64,000 nucleotides of DNA, taken from assembly GCA_050952625.1 (NCBI GenBank), contig JBMNLH010000001.1, positions 1,568,001 to 1,632,000 on the forward strand, in the 5' to 3' direction. Within the stretch, counting starts at the first letter, position 1. Every line of letters begins with the position of its first letter. Shown one piece after another: positions 29,181 to 41,948 of the stretch. The notes beneath the pieces are model-generated. The model made no database searches. It saw only the letters and a list, made by a program, of their open reading frames with translations, and was not told the DNA's origin. A program made the position numbers and the translations under genes. The DNA is from Bacillota bacterium (lineage in GTDB: Bacteria; Bacillota; Ch66; Ch109).

Positions 29181-29241
29181 AAAAGACCACACAATTTAAC
29201 CGACTGCTGCTGGTTGAGCAGCCGGAAAGCTGTGTGATCTT
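29181..29241 (+). repeat. 61-bp copy of the DEAD-box helicase remnant at 8313-8373
   Basis: 57/61 identical by manual alignment. Confidence 0.85.
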
Positions 29242-29273
29242 TTGGAGAGGGACAGATTTAATGTCCCCGGTCT

Positions 29274-30509
29274 CTATTGAGCAATACGTGCTCCTTCTTT
29301 GAGTCCAGCCAACCGGGTATTGCGGATGACCAGGTCTCCTTCGGTCAGTCCCGAGACTACCGCCACTTCATCATCTGTTTCTAGGCCTTTTTCCACCGGC
29401 TGAATCTCCGCTTTTCCCTGGCGGGCGACCCAGACCGCACTTTGGCCATCATAGTTGAACAAAGCTGTTTTCGGGACTACCAGTCTTCCCTCTTCCCGTT
29501 GCGTGATAAAAGTCACATCCATGGCGTAGCCGGGTCGCAGGCGGCTCACCTCGCCAGTCAAACCAACGGTTACTTTTACCCTTTGTTCCACCAACCCCAG
29601 GGTAGATATGCGTTCTTCCGCCGCCGCCGCAATTCTTTTGACGGTGCCGCTGAATTCCTCGTCACGACTCGAGCCTTTATAAGTCACTCGCACCTCCTGG
29701 CCAAGTTCGACATAAACGAGATCTTCCGGCAGCACAAAGACCTCCACCTCGTATTCACCGGGACGGAAAAGCGACAGCAGAGGCGTTCCAGGCATTACTA
29801 CCGCTCCTTCTTTCACGTGGACCGTGCCAACAGTGGCCTCGTCCGGTGCGGTGAGTTCGGCGTTTTCCTTTTGATATTCGAGCAAGTCAATCTGGGCGCG
29901 AATTGAAGCCTGAAGACCGGCAAACTGCTCTTTGGTGCCTTCCGGAGGGTCTTCAAGCAAAAGCTTTAACCCCTCCTCCTGTTGAGCCAGCAATAACTCC
30001 AGCTGCTTGACAGCCCTGGCCGCCTCATCCAGGGTAGCCTGACTGACCACCCCGGCCTCATAAAGGACTTCGGTCCGCTGATAGTCCTCTTGGGCGGCCT
30101 TTAACTGTTCCTGAGCCAATTCCAGGGCTAACTGCTGCTGGGCAACTTGGGTTTCCTTGGGTCCGCTGAAAGCCTGCTTCTCCTGACCCTGAATGCTGGC
30201 TAATTGGCCTTGAAACTGAGCGATTTGGTAGTCGATATCCCGCGTATCCAAGGCTAATAAAGGATCACCGGCAGCTACCGTGTCCCCTTCTTGTACATCG
30301 ATGGTTAATACTTTGCCACTGGTGATACTAAAAAAGTCTTTCTGCCAGCTAGCGGTTATGATCCCGGACTCAGTAAACTTTTTTTCGATGGTCCGCGGCT
30401 TTACCTCCAGCAGATCTGCCTGAATCGGCCGGGTAGCGGAGTAGACCGAAACCCCAACCAGGGCCACCACCACGACCCCCCAGAGCAGCCACTTGATCCG
30501 TTTCTTCAT
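29274..30509 (-). CDS. Efflux periplasmic adaptor (HlyD/MacA-like)
   Basis: N-terminal TM, lipoyl-like V.EGD.V..GD, coiled coil, LRPGY, GLTEGD. Confidence 0.85.
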   Translation of the reverse strand: MKKRIKWLLWGVVVVALVGVSVYSATRPIQADLLEVKPRTIEKKFTESGIITASWQKDFFSITSGKVLTIDVQEGDTVAAGDPLLALDTRDIDYQIAQFQGQLASIQGQEKQAFSGPKETQVAQQQLALELAQEQLKAAQEDYQRTEVLYEAGVVSQATLDEAARAVKQLELLLAQQEEGLKLLLEDPPEGTKEQFAGLQASIRAQIDLLEYQKENAELTAPDEATVGTVHVKEGAVVMPGTPLLSLFRPGEYEVEVFVLPEDLVYVELGQEVRVTYKGSSRDEEFSGTVKRIAAAAEERISTLGLVEQRVKVTVGLTGEVSRLRPGYAMDVTFITQREEGRLVVPKTALFNYDGQSAVWVARQGKAEIQPVEKGLETDDEVAVVSGLTEGDLVIRNTRLAGLKEGARIAQ

Positions 30510-30526
30510 TGCCAACACCCCTCCCT

Positions 30527-32883
30527 TTAATCTCTCTCCTTCAGTACTTCTACCATCGAAAGCTGCCGAATTTTCCGGGCAATAACCCAGTGCGTCAGCC
30601 AAATCGAAGCCACGGTCCCAACAGTCCCCATAATAAATGACTGTAGTTCAAAGACAACCGGAAAGCTGAAAAGGTCGCTGTCCGCCATGCCCGCCATGCC
30701 TTTGATAAAGAGCATCGTCATCGGTATCCCGGCCAACATCCCAAAGATACTGACAAACCATTGCTCAAAAGCCAACACCTGCAGGACTTCACCCGGGGTC
30801 ATGCCCATCACCCGCAAAGACGCCAGTTCTCGCTTTCTTTCGGACAGGGACACGATGCCCGAGTTATAGATCACCGCAAAACCGGTTAACATGCCAAACA
30901 AGGCCAATACCCACATGGTATAACCGTAAGAATCCATCATTTCATTAAATTTCTGCAGGGCCGCGCCCTTTTCCTCTACAGAAAACACCCCGGCTGCCTC
31001 CCGATAGTGCTCCTTCAGTTCGGGGAAGGCTCCCTCTTCCACCGCCAACAAGGCGGCGGTGCTGATGTTTCCCTGCTCAAGCAGGCGGCCCAAGGCACTG
31101 ATTTCCATATAGGCGTTAACCCCCAAGTACTGGGGGACAATGTCGACTACTTCGGTATAAACCGGTGAATCTTTAGCATACGGGCTCTCGATTTCTAGCC
31201 GTGAGCCCACCTTAGCCTGGAGATTTTCCGCTAGGGTCTGGGAAAGGATAATCCCTTCTGCAGGCAGAGGCACTTTTACCCCATCTTTAGTCAGGATATT
31301 GTACATTTCCGTATCCGGTTCCAGGCCCAGGATGACAGTCGATTTTTCGTGCCAGGTGTGATTGAGGGTCGCTGGTACTTCCAAATAAGCCTCAAACCGA
31401 GTCACCCCCGGCCAGTGCGCCAACTCGTGCCGGGCCTCTGGCCCACTAGTCGGGTTAGTGTAAACAACTTTCACATCATGGGTCTGCACCTTGGTAAACT
31501 GGTCAACCATCAGCACATCAATTATTGATAGAAAATAGCCGGTGGTTGAAATAAGGCTAAAAGCAAACATGACCCCGATCAAGGTAAACAAACTGCGGCT
31601 TAAATTACGAAACAGGTTGCGGGTCGCCATTTTACCCTGAACGGTTAGATTATTCCAGAATAAGCGCCAACCCTCGATCAAGGTTTGTTTGGCCTGGGGT
31701 GGGGCCGGTGGCCGCATCGCTTCAGCCGGCTGCAGCTTCAATACCCCTTTGCTGCCAAAATAGCCCGCCAGAGCCCCAAAACCAGTGGAAAACAAGGTCC
31801 CTAAAACAAGATAATAAATTGAAACCTGACCAGTTAGCCCCGGCAGGTTAAAAAATGTTTGATAAACCCCATCAAGGGATAAGACAGCCAGAATCCAAGC
31901 AGACTTCCGAGTATTCCGCCAACGGCTCCAATGATTAAGGCGTAGGAAAGATAGTGGAATAAGATGGTCCGGCTTGAATAGCCCAGGGCTTTGAGGACAC
32001 CAATCTGCCCTCTTTGCTGTTCCACCATCCGTTTGAGGAGAATGTAGAGAATAGTGGCGGCCACGATTAAAAAGAGGAGCGGCATGGTCGTCACCATCGA
32101 CTGCATTGACTGCAGTTCCTGTTTCAGGATCACTTCACTGACTTGGTCCTCCCGGGCATAGATGCTCTCCAAACCACATGATTTAAGCCTCGGCTTCAAC
32201 TGGCTCTCCACTTCGGGATAGGTGTAGCCGGCAGCCAGGGTAAAGGCAAGATCGTTTAAGGATTCTTCCCCGTATAGTTTTTGCATCACGTCCAGCGGGA
32301 GATAGGCCACTCCGAAGGTCGCCGGGTCCGGGTAGATATCCATCGGTGTCCGCATGGCATAGATAAATTCCGGGCTTTGGGCCGTCCCGGTCACCGTTAG
32401 TTCCACTTGGTTGCCGGCGATGATCACCGGCAGTTTATCGCCCAATTGGAGGGCGTTGGCTGCCAGGAAACCGGGATCAAGCAGAATCCCCCGGGTGCCC
32501 GCAGACGGCAAGTTTCCCTCAACAATCCGCACATCGTTTAACCGATCCGTTTGCTCCGGCCTAATCGACACCAGCCGCAGGTAAACATTCTCCTCCCGGT
32601 CCGAAAACAATACCTGAGCGTCTTTAACCAGACGGCCTTCCAGTTGGGCTACCCCTTCGACAGCCGCCAAGCGGTCCGCTTGGGTCTGGGAGATCCCCCG
32701 AACCTGAGCAAAACCGTCTGCAAATCGGTACTCCGCATAAAAATTGTTCCGGGCGTCATTAAGCCCTTCAAAGACGACGGACATCGAGGTATAAAGCATT
32801 AAGCCTATTGCAATAACGGTAATGCAGGCTAGATAGGCTGCTTTGTTCTCGGTTAGATCTCGCCACATTTTTCTCCACAGCAT
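30527..32883 (-). CDS. FtsX/MacB-type ABC permease, frameshift near 31850
   Basis: Two permease halves: IGVLKALGYS and ERKRELASLRVMG. Confidence 0.8.
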
Positions 32884-33587
32884 TACCAACTCACCTCTTC
32901 CGCGGCTTTGGGTTGGTCAATTACGCGGACGCTGGCGATCTCCCCGTCTTTCATTCTAAATACCCGATCAGCCATATCGGCGATGCTGGCATTATGGGTG
33001 ATAACGATTACAGTCTTCTGGTATTTAAGATTAAAATTACGCAACAGTTTTAATATCTGAATCCCGGTGCTCAGGTCCAAGGCCCCGGTTGGCTCATCGC
33101 ATAAGAGCAGTTCTGGGTTTTTGGCTACTGCTCTCGCTACCGCTACCCGCTGCTGTTCCCCGCCCGACAACTGGGCTGGGAAATGGTTCGCTCGCTCCGC
33201 TAGGCCCACTTCCGCCAGGACCTCGGCCGCGGCCAAAGGATTCGTCGTTATTTCCGTCGCTAACTCCACGTTTTCGTAGGCGGTTAAATTAGGCATTAAA
33301 TTATAAAATTGAAAAATAAAACCGACGGCGTTTCGTCGATAGCGAGTCATTACACTTTCTTCGGCGTTATGGAGCGGCATTCCCTGATAGAAAAGCTCAC
33401 CTTCACTGACTTGATCCATCCCGCCCATTAAGTTTAGCAAAGTACTCTTACCGGAACCGCTCGGACCAAGCACCACCACAAACTCACCTTGATAGATTTC
33501 AAAGCTGACCCGTTTCAAGGCATCCACGCGCACCTGCCCCATCTGGTACCATTTACTGACCTGCTTACCTTCAAGGATTACCTTCAC
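32883..33587 (-). CDS. ABC transporter ATP-binding protein (LolD/MacB type)
   Basis: [25 protein letters not shown]. Confidence 0.9.
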   Translation of the reverse strand: MKVILEGKQVSKWYQMGQVRVDALKRVSFEIYQGEFVVVLGPSGSGKSTLLNLMGGMDQVSEGELFYQGMPLHNAEESVMTRYRRNAVGFIFQFYNLMPNLTAYENVELATEITTNPLAAAEVLAEVGLAERANHFPAQLSGGEQQRVAVARAVAKNPELLLCDEPTGALDLSTGIQILKLLRNFNLKYQKTVIVITHNASIADMADRVFRMKDGEIASVRVIDQPKAAEEVSW

Positions 33588-33660
33588 CGTCCCACCACCT
33601 TTTAACCATCAAAAATGAGGATTCCTTTGGATAAAATATCTGGATAAGACATCATACTAG

Positions 33661-34248
33661 TTAGTGTGTTTGCTTTCCTAACAAACCGTAAAAAAACAAC
33701 AGGGTTAAATCATGCCGATCCTTATTAGAGAGCTCCATATTGATCAGTTCATTTTTAAACATTTTCATATATAAAACAACGGCGTTATTAGATAAGTCAG
33801 GATTTACATATCCTTCCTGCTTGCCTTGCTCAATAAGCTTTATCATTAGAGGCACGGTTCGGGTTTGAAAAAACTGTTCTAAAAGATCCTGAACAAATGG
33901 TTCCTTCCATATAGAAGACCGCAGAAATTCCTCACTGTAAACGGTAATAGCATCCATTTTATTTAAAAACATATTTTCAAATTTGTTAATAAATGGAATC
34001 CGGTCATCAAACAGCTTCTCGTACTTCTGCATTTCGTTTTCCATTAAAAAAAAGATGACCTGTTTAACTAGGTTTTCCTTGCTGCCAAAATAATTATAGA
34101 TACTTACCGGTGAAACCGCCGCTTTTTTGGCAATTGAGACAATGCTTACCGAATTTATTCCATGAGTACAAAAAAGTTGCGTCGCTGCTTGAATAATCGC
34201 GTTGATCTTCTTTTGCCGACGTAGTTCAAAACCGTTCAAGTTGCTCAC
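33661..34248 (-). CDS. TetR-family regulator
   Basis: IAKKAAVSPVSIYNYFGSKENL HTH. Confidence 0.9.
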   Translation of the reverse strand: MSNLNGFELRRQKKINAIIQAATQLFCTHGINSVSIVSIAKKAAVSPVSIYNYFGSKENLVKQVIFFLMENEMQKYEKLFDDRIPFINKFENMFLNKMDAITVYSEEFLRSSIWKEPFVQDLLEQFFQTRTVPLMIKLIEQGKQEGYVNPDLSNNAVVLYMKMFKNELINMELSNKDRHDLTLLFFYGLLGKQTH

Positions 34249-34269
34249 CTCAAAATATCTTAATGCTTT

Positions 34270-34300
34270 TTATGAAATATTTCAATGCAATATTTCATAA
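34270..34300. promoter_or_regulatory. Probable TetR operator
   Basis: Perfect 12-bp inverted repeat TTATGAAATATT-N7-AATATTTCATAA just upstream of tetR. Confidence 0.7.
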
Positions 34301-34384
34301 TTCCACATGAAGATACTTGTGGATAAGGAGAATATGTCCAGTCTGGCTACCTATAACAAGTTAACCCGACAATTGGCGTAAGAA

Positions 34385-34467
34385 GTGAACTCGTTCAGCT
34401 TCGCTGAACATCCGAGGCTTCAGATTGAGACTCTACTCCACCTGAAGAGTCTTTTGATTTGGATAAA
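34385..34467 (-). repeat. PATE/MITE-like element copy B (internal deletion)
   Basis: Reverse-complement match to 1676-1791, lacking the CCCACTTC hairpin segment. Confidence 0.75.
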
Positions 34468-34689
34468 TCCTCTGTGATTAAATACAAAAAACCGGTCACG
34501 CATCAGGAAACTTTTCCTTTTGTAACCGGCCTTTTTATCGTGTGGGAAACGGGGACAAGTTCAATGTCCATTATCCCAGAAAAATGTTATACTGGTTAAG
34601 AAGAGTGGTAAATATGCCCAGGATAGCTTGAAAAAAGCGAAAGCGGTATCTATCATCTAATGTTCAGGGACATCAACCGACAAAATATT

Positions 34690-35971
34690 TTAGCGGATGT
34701 TCCGGTGTTTAAAGGTTTTAGTTTTGTTGGCGTAGTCAGCCACGACCTGGCCTTGGCCGATTAGTTTATACTTGTAGATTACTAGACCATCTAGGCCGAC
34801 CGGGCCGCGGGCGTGGATTTTACTCGTGCTGATGCCGACTTCCGCCCCAAAACCATACCGAAAACCATCACTGAATCGGGTGGAACAGTTCCAGAAAACG
34901 TTCCCGGAATCGACCAGATTCATAAACTCGGCTGCATTTTCTTGACTATGAGTAATAATGGCGTCGGTATGCCCGGAGCCATAAGTGTTAATATGATCTA
35001 TTGCTTCCTGAAGACTGTTGACCACCTTAATCGACAACTTATAATCCAGGTACTCGGTCCGCCAATCCTCTTCCGTAGCCAGGCCCACCTCGATAATCTT
35101 TTGCGTTTCCGCACAGCCGACCAGTTCCACCTGCCGCAGAATCCATTTCTGCTTTCAACTGGGGTAAGAATTGAGGGGCGATGGCTCGGTGTACCAACAA
35201 GGTCTCGGTGGCGTTGCAGACGGCGACGTATTGTGTTTTAGCATCAATGACTAACTCCAAAGCCATCTTCAGATCGGCCGCGGCATCCACGTAACAGTGA
35301 CAGATTCCATCGGCGTGGCCCAAAACAGCAATGCTGGTGTTCTCCATAATGTAGCGCACAAACTCATTCGAACCCCGGGGAACGATCAGATCCAGGTATT
35401 GATCTAGTTTCAACATTTCCTTTACGTCGTCCCGGGTTTCCAGAAGCTGGATCCAACCAGCCGGGATCCCGGCTTGGGCGGTGGCCTCCCGGATAATCTC
35501 GGCCAGGATCCGATTGGTTTCCTTGGCCTCACTCCCGCCCTTTAACAGCACAGCGTTCCCACTCTTGAGAGCCAAGGTAGAAATCTGAACCAAGGCATCC
35601 GGCCGAGATTCAAAAATAATCCCGATAACCCCAATCGGGCAGCTGACCTTGTAAAGTACCAGCCCATCATCCAGTTCTGTGGCTGCCAGGGTTGTCCCCA
35701 CTGGGTCCGGTAGTTGGATCAAGCTGTTGATGCCGCTGATTACCTCGTTTATTTTAGACTGATCAAAATTTAATCTCTTTAAGAGGGGCATCGCCAGTTG
35801 CTCGTCTTTACTTCTGGCCAGATCTATCGTATTGGCCTGAATAATCTCTGCCTGCCGCTCGCTTAATAACCGGGCGATCTCGCTCAAAGCCTGATTTTTA
35901 ACCGCCACCGGGGTGGCTGCTAGCTGGATTGAAGCCTTTTTGGCTAAGGAGGCCATTTCCTTAATACTCAT
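34690..35971 (-). CDS. proA: Gamma-glutamyl phosphate reductase, frameshift near 35135
   Basis: GIIFESRP, LLKGGSEA, VCNATETLL, STRFSDG..YGFGAEVGIST.KIHARGPVG. Confidence 0.9.
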
Positions 35972-36114
35972 GCTCTAATCACCTGTTCTTTTCAAAGATT
36001 ACTAACCCCATGATACTATAGAACTGATTTTTGGCAAGACTGAAAACACAGACAACCTAAAGAACAATGGGACGGTTTAACTGTCCCGATTTATCCGAAA
36101 ATCATTTTGTTTCG

Positions 36115-36142
36115 TGTCATTTCAAGCGAAGCGAAGAATCTT
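36115..36142 (+). repeat. Short REP-like unit, with a reverse copy at 59344-59369
   Basis: TGTCATTTCAAGCGAAGCGAAGAATCT vs reverse complement TGTCATACTGGGCGAAGCGAAGAATCC. Confidence 0.5.
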
Positions 36143-36316
36143 TCCCACGCTGTGAAATACTGATCCTTTCTCCCTGTCACACTAATAAACTAATAAACAG
36201 GGCATTTTTTGAGACACTAAGCCTAGCTCCCTGTCCCACATCTAGATTGCCAAAGATTGTGAAACGTTGTATAACTCTATTATAAGTTAAATTCTTTTTA
36301 AGAAGGGGAGAATACC

Positions 36317-39300
36317 ATGCGACTCCCGAATTATAAAATAATTGAAAAGGTAGTCGAAAACCAGCAGGCGGCTATTTTCAAGGCTTACCATAAAAACGAC
36401 CCGGACCGGGTCCTAATCCTTAAAGTCTTGAAAACAACCTTCCTGTCTGAATACCAGATAGCTCAATTTAGACAGAGGGTTGAACATCTCAGGGTGCTAA
36501 ACCATCCCCTGATTATTGCCCCTATCTCATTCGGCGTCACCGACGAGAATTGCTTTATTACCTATGAATTCTTTGATGGCGTGCCGCTTAATCAACTGAC
36601 AAAGCCACAGTTGGGAATCGACTTAAACGCTTTTTTCACCATTGCCTGCAAGCTCGCGCAGGCTATCGATAATGTTCATGAGTCCGGCATTATTCATGGC
36701 GGCATAAAACCGAACAACATCCTGGTAAACCCCAATACCCTTGACATTCGGTTGATCGACTTCATCAGCGCAGTTGATATGAGAGAGATTAGCCATTTTA
36801 TCTATAATTATTCATTTATCAGAGAAACTCTAGCCTATACCTCCCCGGAACAGACTGGCCGCATCAACCACCGGGTTGCTTTTACTTCGGATCTCTATTC
36901 ACTAGGAGTTGTCTTTTTTGAGATGCTGACTGGCCATCTTCCGTTCTTATCCGATGATCCCCTAGAATTGATCCATTTTCATCTGGCTAAAAAGGCTTCG
37001 CTGGTTCATGAATTAAACCCAGCTATTCCCCCAGTTTTAAGTAAAATTATTGCTAAACTAATGTATAAAGAGCCGGAGAAACGCTATCAAACCGGCCGCG
37101 GGCTCTTAGCGGACCTTGTTCGGGCTCAGGACGAGTATTTAGCCACTGGGACGATCCGCGATTTTCCTTTAGAAAGCTCAATCTATCCTCATCAGATTAG
37201 CTTCATCTCCAAAATGGTCGGCCGAGATCGGGAAGCTAAAATAATTCTTGAGGAATATGAGCAAGTTGTTCAGGGGGCATTTCGCTCATTGCTTATCTCT
37301 GGACTATCCGGCATCGGCAAGACCCGCCTCATTCAAGAACTGCAAAAACCGTTGATCCAACACCGGGGCTACTTTACCTCCGGCAAATTCGATGTGTCCC
37401 AGAAGAATATTCCTTATAGTTCGCTTATCCAAGCTTTTAGGAATTTAATCCGGACCTTTCTAACTGAAAGCGATAAACGGGTTGAGCTTTGGAAAAAAAG
37501 AATTTTAGAAGCCGTCGGCCAAAATGGTAAGGTCTTGACCGATGTCATCCCGGAATTGGAGATCTTGATCGGACCGCAACCAGAAGTCAATCAGCTTCCG
37601 CCGGTCGAATCACTCAACCGATTCCATGACTTATTTGGCCGTTTTTTGGCTTGCTTAGCGAGCAAGGAGAATCCGCTTATCTTATTCATCGACGACCTGC
37701 AATGGTGTGACTCAGCCTCTTTTGACTTTTTGGCCAATGTGTTTACCAATCATCTGGAACATCCATACCTTTTCTTTTTGGGCGCATACCGCCATAACGA
37801 GGTAGGGTCCAGCCATCCTCTAGCCAAGCTAATCCGCAGTGCCACTGAAGCTCGCCGGCCATTGAAAGAAATCAAACTGAAACCCTTAGAACCCGAACAT
37901 TGCCATGAAATGGTATCATACATCCTCGATTCTCCCCTAGACAAAACCAAAGCTTTATCTGATTTCATCTGCACACTGAGCGATGGGAACCCGCTCTTTG
38001 TCACGGAAAGCCTGTCCTATCTGTATAACGAAGATCTTCTTTTTCTTGATGCAGACAGGCAATGGCGATGGGACCTGGATAAGATTCATGAATCATGCAT
38101 GCCGACAACTGTAGTCGCTCTTTTTTGTGCCAAGATTGAGAAACTAGTGCCAGACCTAATTACCCTCCTTGAATACTGTGCCTGTAGCGGAAATACCTTT
38201 TCACCGGCAGAGCTAGCATCAAACATGGGGATAACCCTCCGGGATACTTTCGAAATGCTGAAACCGGCTCTGAGTCAGAGGTTGCTGATAGAAAGCAAAA
38301 ACCAGTTGCAGTTTATCCATGACAAGGTCCAGGAAGCGGTCCTGTCCATGATTTCGGCGGAAAGACGCCGGCAGATTCACTGGCGAATTGGCAGCCGTCT
38401 CTTGTCCGCTATTCCGGAGGACCAGATAGACCTCGAAAAAATAGATAACCTTTTCACCATTGTCTCTCATCTTAACCTGGGAAGAGAAAAGCACCTAGAT
38501 AACCAAACGGCGTACCGCCTCTCAGATCTTAACTACCACGCCGGCAACAAAGCCCTTGCTGCCCTCGCGACGGAAGCAGCCAATGATTATTTCAACCTCA
38601 GCCTCGAACTGCTGCCGAGTGACTGCTGGGAAGATAGTCAATATAACCAGACTTTCTTGATCTATAAAAAAGCGGCAAACTGAGCTTATGTGCGGCAATT
38701 ACCAAAAATCGGAAAGGCTGCTCAACTATTTGCTGCAAAATGCTAAGACCGACCTGGATAAGGCAGAGTGTTTGGCAGAACAAACGACTACCCTGTCCTC
38801 CATTGGTAATTTCATCAAGGCGATCGAGACGGCTAACCGGGGACTGGCCTACTTCGGCAAGTCCATCCCCGCCAGTCCAGCGGAAGCGGACCAGAAACGG
38901 CAGGAGTTAATGGTTGATATTGCCGCAAAAAACATTGATGTCTGGGAAACCATCCTGAACATGCCCTTTACCACTGACCGAAAGAGTAAGATCGAGTTGG
39001 CCTTCTATAGTGAACTGATTCCCGACCTATATTTGTCCGGCCTTGTCCCCCAACTCTACCTAGCGGCGACACTTTCCACCCAGCATTGCCTGGCCGGGGG
39101 GATGGATGAATCTGTGATCTATTCTTTCAGCATCATGGGACTTCAGCTAGGAGAACAGGAAGACTTCGCCTCCGCGTTTCGGTACGAGGACCTGGCTCGG
39201 GAACTATCGGCCAAGTACCCCAATACCTTTGGGGCCACTCGGGGAATGAATGGGATCGTTTGGTGCAACATGCACTCCAGAAGTCACCCAAGGGAGATTG

Positions 39301-41948
39301 TTGATTATTGTCTCAAATCGATTCAGTGCGGAAAAAACTGTGGTGACCTGTTTAATGCCGGTCTGTCTTACGGTCCGCTGATGTGGAATCTTCAGGTGCA
39401 AGGGGCGGACCTAACGACAATTGAACACTATGCCAAAGAATGCTTGCAATTTTCTAAGCGTTACCATCTATCCTTTTCCGTCGGCCTGGCCGAGGCAATG
39501 CAGGCGGGTTGGATCGAGCCCATGAAAAAACATTATTCACCGATAGCCATGGAAGAAAAAGTCAAACAGTGGGAACAGGACAACCACATCGCCTCCGCTG
39601 GAAGTTATTATATCCACATGGCTTTAACGCATTATTATTTTGGTGAGTATGAAAAGGCTGAGGAGTACCTGGTCGGCGCCCGTAAGTATTTGTCAGGCCT
39701 GACCGATAACGTGCTAAAAAGACAGTGGCATGTCTTCCGGGTTTTAAACGCACTAAAACTATATGATAAGGGCTTTCGCTTTAAGAATATCCATGAGTTA
39801 TTGGCCGAAATCCGGCCAATCATTGAAAAAGTCAAGCTGTGGGCTAGTTTAGGACCTTTATTGAAACCCTACCTAGCTTTTATGTATGCTGAATTGGAAA
39901 GAGTTACTGGTATTTTTAATGAGGCCAGAGGTCTCTACCTTGATGCCATAGAGATGGCTAATAGGCTAAGTTATACCTTTCTGGAAGGTCACCTAAACGA
40001 ATGTCTGGGGGAATTCCTGCTGCAGGCCGGTCGAGGGCCGGAAAAGGTATTTTTTAACGAAGCAGCGCGTTTATACAAGAAATGTCACGCAACCCGAAAA
40101 GAATATCAGCTGATTGAGAAATATCCTGAGTATTTTGAAGAAGAAAAAACAGCCTACTCAGACCTTGAGGCGGATTATCCGAAACGTATTCTGTACGACC
40201 TGGACGTGGAATACCTTACCAAGGCATCTCTGGCTATTTCTGCGGAAATAGAACCGGAGGCCCTGATTAAAAAGATTATGAACCTGGTTATCGAAAGCTC
40301 CGGAGCGCAGCACGGCTATCTGTTGATCGAAGAAAACGGTAATCTGTTCATCCGAGCCACAAGCCACGTCTCAGAAAAGCAGGTCGTCCAGTTAGTTAAC
40401 ATAAAACTGGATGATGCTAAAGATATCTGCAAAGCCATCGTTCGTTATGTATACCGAACCAAAGAGAAGGTAATCCTGAACAATGCTGCCCAAGAAGGGA
40501 TGTTCAAAAACAATCTAGAGGTCCAGCAGCTGCAATTACGCTCAGTCTTTTGTCTGCCGGTGATTGAGCAATCAAGAATGATTGGGATAATCTACCTGGA
40601 AAATCGCTTGTCCGATTCGGTATTTACCGTCAACAATGCGCAGATGACAGAGCTGCTAACCTCCCAGGCTGCCATCTCCCTGGAAAATTCCCGGTTATTG
40701 GAAATAATGAAGAAAGCGGAGGAAAAACTGCGCCTGGCCAAGGAAGCACTAGAGGTCCAGGTGCAAGAACGAACCGCAGAACTGGCTAAAGCCAACCAAC
40801 TGCTGGAAAGAGACAATGCCGAACGCAAGCGGGCTGAGGAAGCCGCGAAAGCAGAACGGCAGCAGTTTTATAAGGTCCTGGAAATGCTTCCGGCTTACTT
40901 GATTCTGCTGACGCCGGATTATCATGTCCCCTTTGCTAATCGACTCTTTAGGGAACGTTTTGGAGCATCTAGCCGCCGTTGTTATGAACATTTGTTTGGA
41001 TATAGTCAGCCCTGTCCTAATTGCGAGACCTTCCAGGTCCTTGCGACCATGGCACCCCATGAGTGGGAATGGAACGGCCCGGACGGCCGTATTTACCATG
41101 TTTTTGACTTTCCTTTTACTGACGTGGATGGGTCCACCCTGATCCTGGAGATGGGTATTGACATTACTGATCATAAAAAGGCAGAAGAAGAGATTCAAAA
41201 GCTAAACCGGGAACTGGAGCAGCGCGTTAACGAACGGACCGCCCAATTGGCCGCCGCTAACGAGGAACTGCACACCAGTGAGGCGCAATTACAGGAAGCC
41301 TTATTCGAAAAAGAGGTACTGCTCAAAGAGATCCATCATCGGGTTAAAAATAACCTCCAGATCATTCACAGCATGCTCAATCTTCAACTGCCTTATATCA
41401 AAGATGAGCAAGCCATTGAACTATTCAAGGAAAGCCAAAACCGAGTCTTCTCAATGGCCCTGATTCACGAGAAAATGTATCAATCTAAGTCGTTGGCCAA
41501 GATCGACTTGGCCGAATATATCCGTAACCTGACCACCAACTTGTTCCTATCGTATGGAGTGAGTGAGAGAGTGATCAAACCTAGAATATACGTTGAGAAC
41601 CTAACGTTTAACATTGATACAATGATCCCCTGTGCCTTAATCATTAATGAACTCGTTACGAATTCGCTAAAATACGCCTTTCCGAATACCTCCAGAGGTC
41701 TAAATAATAAGTCTGAGGTTCGCATTGAACTCCGTCATGGTGCTGATAATAAATACATATTGACCGTCAGCGACAATGGTGTTGGGCTACCGGAGGGCTT
41801 CCAGATTCAGGACTGTGAGTCGCTGGGACTAAAACTTGTCAGGGTGCTGGTAAAACAGCTCAAGGGGAGTATTAACCTTAATTCAAGCAATGGAACCGAG
41901 TTTACGATAAAGTTTAGGGAACTAGCAAGGAAGGGGAGTATGAAATAA
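36317..41948 (+). CDS. Ser/Thr-kinase-like + AAA/STAND ATPase + GAF + PAS + histidine kinase; frameshift near 38680
   Basis: YTSPEQTGR, GLSGIGKT, IDDLQW, GAF (YLEN...SQAAISLEN), EIHHRVKNNLQ, DNGVG; two ORFs join with a 1-nt shift in an A-run. Confidence 0.85.

Noticed and set aside
34550-34570. GGGAC...GTCC(C) short palindromes (also near 36069, 47570, 50821) as a defined REP family
   Set aside because: Too short and variable to delimit by eye, and no RAYT-like transposase in the window.
35039-35140. Programmed ribosomal frameshifting in proA and other split genes
   Set aside because: No shared slippery sequence or stimulatory structure, no precedent I know of in these families, and the frequency fits sequencing indels better.
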